DNA of 64,000 nucleotides from an uncultured Rivularia sp. (GTDB lineage Bacteria > Cyanobacteriota > Cyanobacteriia > Cyanobacteriales > Nostocaceae), in assembly GCA_963665115.1 (NCBI GenBank), contig OY762007.1, positions 544,001 to 608,000 on the forward strand. The letters are read 5' to 3'. Made by a program: the position numbers and the translations under genes. Within the stretch, counting starts at the first letter, position 1. Every line of letters starts with the position of its first letter. The notes under the pieces were generated by a model, which saw only the letters and a list, made by a program, of their open reading frames with translations, had not been told where the DNA came from and made no database searches. Below, piece after piece: positions 55,080 to 64,000 of this stretch.

Positions 55080-55519
55080 TTTTTCCTCAACAAGTACCTA
55101 CCTCCATCAGTTGTCCCAATTTCGCTGCAAAAGTGTTTCTCGAACCCAAATAGTAAATACTACAGATAAATTACGAAAAACTCCGGAGAACGAAAACTAG
55201 ATCGAGTATCAAATAATTTTATATCTAAAGATAGCGATCTTCTTGTGATTACGGCAATAAAGTATCTTATATTGCAAAAAAAACCGGATATTCAGGTTTT
55301 TAAGTTATAATTTCTTATCTAAAGTAAACTAATAAATTACGAATATTCTAGTAGAGTAAGGTAATAAGCGTTACATATAATATTTGACGATAATATATGA
55401 CAATACTTTTGTAGTATAAAAAACATTGAGAACACAAATTTATTAACAATCGAACCCATCGCAAATTCCCTATAAAATAGAAAACTGTATATTAATTTAT
55501 AATTTTTAGAATTATTAAC

Positions 55520-56121
55520 GTGCTAACTTCCGAATTGCCAACCATCAACATTCTCAAGCAACCAACCAATCCAGATTGGGTAGATTTAGCAATATCTAAC
55601 TTAGATGCAATATTACTCGATCACTCCCAATGCGAGCGTAAAGCAGCATCAGCAGCAATCAACTTTATGTTTCGCTACCCTTCAAATGCAAAAATGGTCA
55701 AGGAATTAACTAAAATTGCCAAAGAAGAATTAGAACACTTCGAGCAAGTTAATCAATGGTTAGAAAAGCGAAACATTGCTTTACGCCCAGTAACTCCACC
55801 TCCTTACGGTGCGAAACTAAAAGCTCAAATTCGTCCCAACGAACCCAATAGATTTTTGGATTCTTTACTTATTAGTGCTTTAATTGAAGCTCGCAGTCAC
55901 GAACGCTTGGGATTATTAGCCGCACACTGTCCCCCGAACCAGATTTAGCCAATTTCTATCAAGGCTTGATGGCATCAGAAGCACGACATTACGGCATTTA
56001 TTGGGTACTTGCAGACACTTATTTCGACCGCGAAATCGTCATGCAGAGATTAGATGAACTATCAATAGCCGAAAGTGAAATACTGGCAACCCTTTATTAT
56101 GAGCCAAGGATTCATAGTTAA
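55520..56121 (+). CDS. miaE: tRNA-(ms2io6A) hydroxylase MiaE; frameshift in C run at ~55931
   Basis: DHSQCERKAA, EELEHFE, IEARSHER. Continues in another frame as PDLANFYQGLMASEARHY...EPRIHS*. Confidence 0.88.
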
Positions 56122-56123
56122 GA

Positions 56124-56224
56124 ATTGGGGATTGGGCATTGGGGATTGGGCATGGGTAATTGGTAATTGATAATTGGTAATTGGTGATTATTAACTCCTA
56201 ACAACTAACAACTAACAACTAACC
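56124..56224. repeat. STRR heptamer clusters
   Basis: (ATTGGGG/C)n, (TAATTGG)n and (AACAACT)n. Confidence 0.8.
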
Positions 56225-56225
56225 A

Positions 56226-56711
56226 ATGGTAAGTCTTTATTTTCGAGATTTTTTGATTCGTCAATGGAAACCGAGCGATCGCCATTGTGCATCTGAAATT
56301 ATTCGCTCTGTATTATCGGAGTACGGTTTGGGTTGGGAACCGGATGGTGCCGATCGAGATGTGTTGCAAGTTGAAGATTATTACTTAGATAAAGGTGGAG
56401 ACTTTTGGGTAATTGAATACCACGGTGAGGTAGTAGGTTCGGGCGCTTACTATCCCATCGAACGCGGCAAAGACGCTGTAGAGATACGCAAAATGTATTT
56501 ATTGCCCAAAGCTAGAGGTGTTGGATTGGGGAAATTTTTGTTACAACAGTTGGAAGCAGAAATTAACTGCCGTGGTTTCAAACAAATTTGGATCGAAACT
56601 GCCAGCGTTTTGCACGAAGCCGTCAAACTATATGAAAGTAATGATTATATACCTGCAACAGGTGTAGAAACAGAACGCTGCGACCGAGTTTACGTCAAAA
56701 AATTGATGTAG
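56226..56711 (+). CDS. GNAT-family N-acetyltransferase
   Basis: EIRKMYLLPKARGVGLG and AVKLYES motifs. Confidence 0.9.
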   Translation: MVSLYFRDFLIRQWKPSDRHCASEIIRSVLSEYGLGWEPDGADRDVLQVEDYYLDKGGDFWVIEYHGEVVGSGAYYPIERGKDAVEIRKMYLLPKARGVGLGKFLLQQLEAEINCRGFKQIWIETASVLHEAVKLYESNDYIPATGVETERCDRVYVKKLM

Positions 56712-56774
56712 AGACGTAAAATTTTACGTCTTTCCAATGCCCAATGCCCCATCCCCTATGCCCACCATATTAAA

Positions 56775-57456
56775 ATGCAAATTTGGAAAACCCTTCTTAA
56801 TCTTTTTTTACAATCAAATTGTCCTTTATGTCAGCGCTCTGCTTCGCAAGAATTTTGTGAATATTGTCATAAACAGTTGCAAAAGTGTCGTTTAACCGAC
56901 TCCAGTCGCAGTACAAATAATTTACTATCTCCACCAGTGATTGCTTGGGGTGCTTATGGGGGAGCTATCAAACGGGCGATCGCCACAATGAAATACGAAA
57001 ATCATCCAGAAATTGCTCGTCCCCTTGGTGAATGGTTGGGAGAAACATGGCTGCAAAATTATGGATATGAAAATTCTTTTATGGTAGTTTCCGATTCCGA
57101 TGCACCCGGAGAAAGAAAAAAAACGAGGTTTCAACCAAGCAGCACTGATTGCAAAAAGCTTCTGTCAAACAACTGGGCTAAAGTTAAAGGTAAACGGATT
57201 ACAAAGAGTAAAGAAAACTGAAGCACTGTTTGGATTGTCAGCAACCCAGCGCCAAGAAACTTTAGTTGAAGCTTTTGATATAGGAAAAGATTTTCGTAAA
57301 CCTCCAAATGTCCCAGTAATTTTAGTTGACGATATCTATACAACGGGTACTACAGTCAATTCTGCTATAGAAATTTTAAGTAAATCTGGAATTATCGTTT
57401 CCGGAGTTGCAGCAGTTGCCGTTCCCTCCAAGGCAAACTACACAAAGAATTCATAG
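56775..57456 (+). CDS. comF: ComF-family protein; +1 frameshift at ~57089
   Basis: CPLC...CEYC, VVPIPMH restored by one-base removal, RGFNQA, LVDDIYTTG. Confidence 0.88.
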
Positions 57457-57527
57457 CCAAGCTAGGCTAATAAAAATTATAATTAACCAACATTAAGATT
57501 ATTTTTACAGGAAAATTACATACAACC

Positions 57528-57986
57528 ATGAGTAAGTCTAAAGCGCTGGGTTTAGGACAATTTGGGTTTATTCCTGCTACGTTATTGGTATTTGGTATAA
57601 GTACGACAACAGCTTTCGCTCAAGCAAATAAATTTTATAATCCCATACCTTTACCCGCCACTTACGAAATCTCCGATGCGCTATCCGATAAAGATATTCC
57701 TACAGGGCAAGGTGGCTTTGCTCGCGACTATATAGTTAAGTTAGCCAAAGGCGATAATTTAGCTATCGATCTTTCCTCAGATAGCTTTGATAGTATTATT
57801 ACGCTGCTCGCTCCCGACGGTTCAACAATAGCAGAAAATGATGATGGCCCCGACGGCAGCAGCAATTCCCTACTCTTCACCCGCGTTACTAAAGCCGGAA
57901 CTTACATTGTTCGCGTTCGCTCTTTCGGAGAAACTGGAATCGGCAGTTTTAAATTGAAAGTAACTCGATTGAAGCCAGTTAAGTAG
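57528..57986 (+). CDS. Secreted PPC (pre-peptidase C-terminal) domain protein
   Basis: Signal peptide; AENDDG and GTYIVRVRSF motifs. Confidence 0.78.
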   Translation: MSKSKALGLGQFGFIPATLLVFGISTTTAFAQANKFYNPIPLPATYEISDALSDKDIPTGQGGFARDYIVKLAKGDNLAIDLSSDSFDSIITLLAPDGSTIAENDDGPDGSSNSLLFTRVTKAGTYIVRVRSFGETGIGSFKLKVTRLKPVK

Positions 57987-58054
57987 AGATGGGGAATTGG
58001 GCATTGGGCATTGGGCATGAGGAGACAAGGAAATAATTCTTAACTACTTACTGC

Positions 58055-58837
58055 TCACTGCATCGTCATGGCGCAAAGAAAAAGTGCTTCAGTCCATTCT
58101 ACGACTGCACCGTAAGTATCCCCTGTATGACCACCTAATTTATGCTTGAACCAAGCACCTGTGAGAAAAGCAATTGCAATTCCCGCAAACGTCATGCCGA
58201 TTGCTGCTAATAAATTATTTTGGCTAAATTGGCTAAATATCGGCTTTACAAAACTTAAAATTAATAGCAGTAAAAGAGAAGGTAAAACGTCCTTGTAAGA
58301 ACGAATGGCTTGCTTGTGAAATGCACCTTTTCCAGTTGGTTTTAGGTAATCATATCTTTGTATTGCCAATATCTGTCCCCAACGTCCCCATGCACAAGCA
58401 GCCATTAGTATCAACCAACGATTTTCTTGTATTTCTGTTAAGGCTACTGTTTTGAGCAAGACTAAAACAATTGCAGCCATTGCTCCAAAGGCTCCTGTGG
58501 CACTATCAGTCATTACTTCCAAGCGCCGCTCTTTATCCGTTACTGCTAACCCATCGGCAGTATCCATTGCTCCATCCAAATGCAGTCCTCCCGTAATCAC
58601 AATCCAGCTTGCTACTACTAATGCACTACGAGTTAGTACTGGTATTCCGATAAAATTAGCTACAATATCGAATAATCCTAAGATTCCTCCAATCGTTATT
58701 CCAATCGCTGGAGCAAAACGTGCTACCTCGCCAAACTCCAACTGTTCGATATAAGGCATCGGGATAGACGTGTAAAATATAATACTTGCAACCAAATTTG
58801 AAATTTGAGTTTTCCACCACGGGTACTGAGCATTCAT
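58055..58837 (-). CDS. cobS: Adenosylcobinamide-GDP ribazoletransferase (cobalamin synthase)
   Basis: [15 protein letters not shown] and [11 protein letters not shown] motifs. Confidence 0.93.
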   Translation of the reverse strand: MNAQYPWWKTQISNLVASIIFYTSIPMPYIEQLEFGEVARFAPAIGITIGGILGLFDIVANFIGIPVLTRSALVVASWIVITGGLHLDGAMDTADGLAVTDKERRLEVMTDSATGAFGAMAAIVLVLLKTVALTEIQENRWLILMAACAWGRWGQILAIQRYDYLKPTGKGAFHKQAIRSYKDVLPSLLLLLILSFVKPIFSQFSQNNLLAAIGMTFAGIAIAFLTGAWFKHKLGGHTGDTYGAVVEWTEALFLCAMTMQ

Positions 58838-59225
58838 ACTTGTAAAAATAACTACTTAAGTAGAGCAAAAACAATGGCACTTACGATTACCGCACAAATA
58901 ACAGTATCAAATTTTAAAACTTGAAATAAGATTTACTTGTATGAGAAACTGAGCCAAAAAATTTGTTATGCTTATCTAAGTAGGAAAAAATTAGCAAGTA
59001 ATATTTATCACATTTTCATGAAGCATAAAAAGTTGCATTTCAATCGGTGGTAGTGTTTTTTGTACTTTGAAAAAAAAAGCTAATAATTAATGTCAGTGAG
59101 TTTAAGCAATTGCCTCCAAAATCTGATATTTGTATATTACAGGGCAGAGCATAGATTACCGCTGATTCATTGGTTATGCAGGCTATAACGTTGTACTTCA
59201 CCTTTGCTCAAAAAGCTATTTGATT

Positions 59226-59679
59226 ATGAATCACCATCTACCCGAAACCAAAATACCAGCTCCATGTATCGTCAATACAGGTGTCATCGTAAATAAACTT
59301 GATATGCGACGATTGCTGGGGGATTTAGGTCGTGTCCCGCTATGCTTACACCCAAGATGGTGAAATTTGCGGCGAGGGTGAAGGGGATGTAATGGAAGTT
59401 TTCGCAAATCCCCGACGCTCTACATTAGTCGCCAACAACGCTCTTTATTTAAATGTTTACAGTTTTGATTGTTTAGAACTTACTCTGTCATCCGAAAAGG
59501 AAGCCTGTTTTGATTTAGTTCAGGAAGGGATGCGTTTGCGGTTGATTCCCCTTTCTACTCCAATGCAGGAACGGCAAGAACGTTGTTGGAATACTAGCGC
59601 CATTGAAGCAATGATGGAGCAGGTTTTATCGGCTAAATGGGACGCTGAAATTGATGATGATAGTTCGGATATGTTCTAA
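59226..59679 (+). CDS. Conserved cyanobacterial hypothetical protein; +1 frameshift at ~59336
   Basis: MNHHLPETKIPAPCIVNTGVIVNKLDMRRLLGDLGRV joins ORF 59332-59679 as RVRYAYTQDG after one-base removal. Confidence 0.7.
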
Positions 59680-59714
59680 ATTTGGTTTAATAAGTTAAAT
59701 CATTAACCTTCTGA

Positions 59715-60836
<1,122 letters not shown>

Positions 60837-61223
60837 TAGTAGCAAGTAATTTACACAGACTTTAATTTTCGCTCAGTCTTAGGGAAGCATAAATTTATTA
60901 CAGGGAAGATTAACTACTTTTTTTGGTAACGGTACAGTTAAAATCGTTAACCGCTATATTTTATTGAAATTTTCAGCAATATTTACTTCTTTGTCAATGA
61001 AGTATTACTGCTTGTAATACATCGTAACCTGGAAAAGGAACAGAATTTATCGTATAAATTCCCATTACAGCTTAAAAACTGGGTTTAAAACCGCTTTTTC
61101 ATCTAAAATCACACTATAAATTTATTTATTCCTTAGTTAGTATTCCCTACTTCCTACTACCCAATCGTGTTAAGATATTGCTCAAATATGAAAACTATGT
61201 TGGATACTTGGATTTAAACAAAC

Positions 61224-61361
61224 ATGGAAGTAACACTATTATTAGCGAAATTGCCGGAAGCTTATCAAGTTTTTGATCCTCTCGTAGATGTTCTCCCAAT
61301 CATTCCTGTTTTCTTCTTGTTACTAGCTTTTGTTTGGCAAGCCGCTGTAGGCTTCAAGTAA
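61224..61361 (+). CDS. psbK: Photosystem II protein K (not in ORF track)
   Basis: Manual translation [45 protein letters not shown]. Confidence 0.97.
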   Translation: MEVTLLLAKLPEAYQVFDPLVDVLPIIPVFFLLLAFVWQAAVGFK

Positions 61362-61517
61362 GTTAACCAAAAATATTTTTTGAGACAGGCTTTGCAAGCT
61401 TGTCTTATTTTTTGCCAAATATTATTTACTAAATTTGATATTTCTTAACCATTTGTAATAAATTGGAAAATAGATATAGTATTTACTGTCAGGGTATTAT
61501 TTAACAAGGTATTAACT

Positions 61518-61814
61518 ATGGGTAACATCAATTTTGTCAAAGAAAACAAAGAAGTAATCGCAGCTGACGGTGCGAATTTACGATTGAAAGCCATGCAAAA
61601 CAATATTGATATCTATAAAGTATGGGGGAAAATGATGAACTGCGGAGGTGCGGGGCAGTGTGGAACCTGTATTGTAGAGATAACAGAAGGAATGGAAAAT
61701 CTCTCACCTCGTACCGATGCAGAAACCAAAATGTTGAAGAAAAAGCCGGATAATCATCGTCTTGCTTGTCAAACTTTAGTTAATGGTTCTGTAAGTGTAG
61801 CAACCAAGCCTTGA
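61518..61814 (+). CDS. [2Fe-2S] ferredoxin-like protein
   Basis: [10 protein letters not shown] and RLACQ motifs. Confidence 0.9.
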   Translation: MGNINFVKENKEVIAADGANLRLKAMQNNIDIYKVWGKMMNCGGAGQCGTCIVEITEGMENLSPRTDAETKMLKKKPDNHRLACQTLVNGSVSVATKP

Positions 61815-61921
61815 GAATTATATCTTGCAAGCTGTCTTTTTTATGATATCGTTCGGCTTAAGCATTAGTAATGCTATGCTAAAACTAGTGGCTGCAAATA
61901 AAAAGAGAGGCTTTTTTAACA

Positions 61922-62041
61922 ATGCAAACTAATGATTTGGGATTCATTGCGAGCATTTTGTTCGTACTAGTTCCCGCAATTTTTTTAGTACTACTTTACA
62001 CTTTAACAGTTAGCCGTGAAGGCGGAAGAAACGATTCTTAA
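61922..62041 (+). CDS. psbM: Photosystem II protein M (not in ORF track)
   Basis: Manual translation MQTNDLGFIASILFVLVPAIFLVLLYTLTVSREGGRNDS; GAGG RBS. Confidence 0.93.
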   Translation: MQTNDLGFIASILFVLVPAIFLVLLYTLTVSREGGRNDS

Positions 62042-62064
62042 TTAAGACTTGATTGTTTAAAAGG

Positions 62065-62100
62065 AAAAACCCCGACACTATGTATCAGTGTAGGGGTTTT
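62065..62100. terminator. Bidirectional terminator between psbM and the USP gene
   Basis: AAAACCCC-ACACT...AGTGT-GGGGTTTT. Confidence 0.6.
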
Positions 62101-62151
62101 ATCTATCAACCGCGAAATCTATATTTAAATGAATCGAATCGAAAATAGCGT

Positions 62152-63006
62152 TTAAGCTGCGGCAGTACGCGCTAGTAAAACCGGACAGGTAGCATTAATT
62201 CTGACATAATCAGAAAGTGAAGCACCTATAAGTTTATCCAAATCTACAAAATTCTTAGCGATTGAAGGGCGACGGTCTGGAGAGCCGACTAATAATAAGT
62301 CTATATTCATCTCGGAAGCCAAGCTACAAATTTTTTCACCCGGTTTACCAATGCTGAGTATACTGCGAGATTTAACACCTTGCATTTGAGCTTTTTTAGC
62401 TGCTGCTTCTAAAATGGGGTGTTTTTCAGAATTAATCTGTGCAGTTTCGGCTGATGGACTCTTTAGATCGGTCATAACGTGAGTTAAAACTAACTCGCTG
62501 CCTTTGATATCTTTTAGTAAGAATAAAGCCAAGTCTAGACAGTACTGTGACGCTTCCGATTTGTCAACCGCCACCATAACTCGGTTAATTGCTTTGACAT
62601 AAATGTCATCTTTAACCAGTAACATCGGACGAGAAGAAAGCTGGAAAACATACTGACTGACTGAATTAGCCAAAATTGATTCCAAGCGCTTGAGTCCTCT
62701 TGAACCCATAATAATCAAATCGGCATCAATTTCATTTGCCACTTGACAAACCACATCTTTCGGTTCGCCTTGACGCAGCACTGAATTAACTTGATTGGGA
62801 TTGAGCTGCAGCTTTTGAATAGCGCTTGCTAAAATTTTACCGCCTTCTTGCCACTTAGCTGTCATTGTTTCGGCGGTAGTTTGTGGAGGAACAACGTGCA
62901 AAACGGTAATTTTTGCTCGTTGAATTGATGGTATTTCCTCCATCAGTTTGAGCATTTCTTCCGCATGTCCCAATCCTGAGACAGCTAGCAAAATATTTTG
63001 CATCAT
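62152..63006 (-). CDS. Tandem universal stress protein
   Basis: DLIIMGSRG, SVSQYV and CPVLL motifs in two USP domains. Confidence 0.9.
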   Translation of the reverse strand: MMQNILLAVSGLGHAEEMLKLMEEIPSIQRAKITVLHVVPPQTTAETMTAKWQEGGKILASAIQKLQLNPNQVNSVLRQGEPKDVVCQVANEIDADLIIMGSRGLKRLESILANSVSQYVFQLSSRPMLLVKDDIYVKAINRVMVAVDKSEASQYCLDLALFLLKDIKGSELVLTHVMTDLKSPSAETAQINSEKHPILEAAAKKAQMQGVKSRSILSIGKPGEKICSLASEMNIDLLLVGSPDRRPSIAKNFVDLDKLIGASLSDYVRINATCPVLLARTAAA

Positions 63007-63597
63007 AGGGACATCTTTCTTATTGCCTAACTTAGGTTTTCACGTGAAGCTCGGTTGGAGAAGATTCCCCTACCATACTCCACCGTCTTACTCGAATTGT
63101 CTCTGTTTTTTGCCATTGCAATCGGGCAAATGACAAAGGACAAAGGACGGTCGTGTAGATATGAACCGGCATTACTTGAAGTTATAATTTACGGTTCCAT
63201 ATTATTTAGCTTACTTCTAATTCTGCCTTATTAAGTTAACAATTAATTATAAAATTGATTAGTTGTAATCTATGTTTAATAAAGTTAATTATAACTAAGT
63301 AAAGTATTGTAAAGAATATACAGATAAAAATAACAGTATAAATTTTTGTAAATAAAGTTAGTAAATTCGATTTTAGATTTTATTTTTGCCTAACCCTTAC
63401 TACCTATCTTGGATAAATTTTCATCAAGCCCTACGTAAATTCGATTAACTTCAACAAAGATTTACTTTAATTCAGAGAAAATTCGGTAGCTGATTTGCTT
63501 TGCGACTAGTTATATTGATTGGCATTCCCTCGGGGAATTTAACTCAATATAAGTATCAGAAAAAGCGCGTTTGTCAACGTATCTACCAGTCAACTAT

Positions 63598-64000
63598 ATG
63601 CATCTGCACGCACAGTCCAATAATGATTCCCAACTGCTTCAAGTGCTTTTAGAGCATACACCTGTAGCTGTTGCAATGTTTGATACTCAGATGTGCCTGA
63701 TGGCAGCAAGTCGTAAATGGCTGGCAGATTATGGTTTGAATGGAGAATATCCGATCGGTAGTTGTTATTACGAAATACTTCCCCAAAATTCAGATAAATG
63801 GAAGATAATTCACCAACGCTGTTTGACTGGTGCAATAGCAAGTTGCGAAGCTGACAAAATGGTGGGTATTGATGGTGAATTGGAGTGGATCAAATGGGAA
63901 TGTCGTCCTTGGAATCAAGATAATGGTGAAATTGGTGGAATAATCTTTTCCTCAGAGAAAGTTACAGAACAAATGCTTTGCGAGCAAGCATTAACAGCTA
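63598..64000 (+). CDS. PAS-domain sensor protein, N-terminal part (runs off window)
   Basis: Open frame LLEHTPVAVAMFDTQM...SRKWLADYG...WIKWECRPW...GEIGGII. Confidence 0.8.
   Translation, partial: MHLHAQSNNDSQLLQVLLEHTPVAVAMFDTQMCLMAASRKWLADYGLNGEYPIGSCYYEILPQNSDKWKIIHQRCLTGAIASCEADKMVGIDGELEWIKWECRPWNQDNGEIGGIIFSSEKVTEQMLCEQALTA

Overview
AT-rich chromosomal segment of a filamentous, probably heterocyst-forming (Nostocales-like) cyanobacterium. The evidence is HIP1 GCGATCGC octamers, heptamer STRR tandem repeats and psb28/psbK/psbM/petF. The first ~19 kb is the most notable part. It holds a minus-strand operon combining the actinobacterial isonitrile-lipopeptide cassette (ScoE-like Fe/2OG dioxygenase, FcoT/ScoD-like thioesterase, ACP, acyl-CoA/ACP ligase) with a three-module NRPS (C-A[Orn/Lys-like]-T, Cy-A[Cys]-Ox-T, Cy-A[Cys]-T-TE) and an MFS exporter. 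This operon faces a TonB-dependent receptor and an RhtX/FptX-type permease, and together they predict an isonitrile-thiazol(in)e metallophore system. A second accessory locus (24.8-33.4 kb) has a C39-peptidase ABC exporter with HlyD, a DUF3102 pseudogene, three tandem hypervariable 64-aa membrane peptides, a double-glycine-leader precursor and an RTX-tailed S8 protease. The rest is mostly core genes: rplI, intein-containing dnaB, FKBP, bvdR, petF, sulfiredoxin, a QueA-like gene, miaE, comF, cobS, tgt, psbK and psbM. There is also a complete IS66-family element with an 8-bp TSD, a broken hicA with intact hicB, and many REP/MITE-like repeats. Nine genes carry small frameshifts. Seven are an extra T in GTTC (GAAC on the other strand), which points to a systematic, possibly modification-driven, sequencing artefact rather than real pseudogenes. 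Family assignments come from motif recognition, not database searches.
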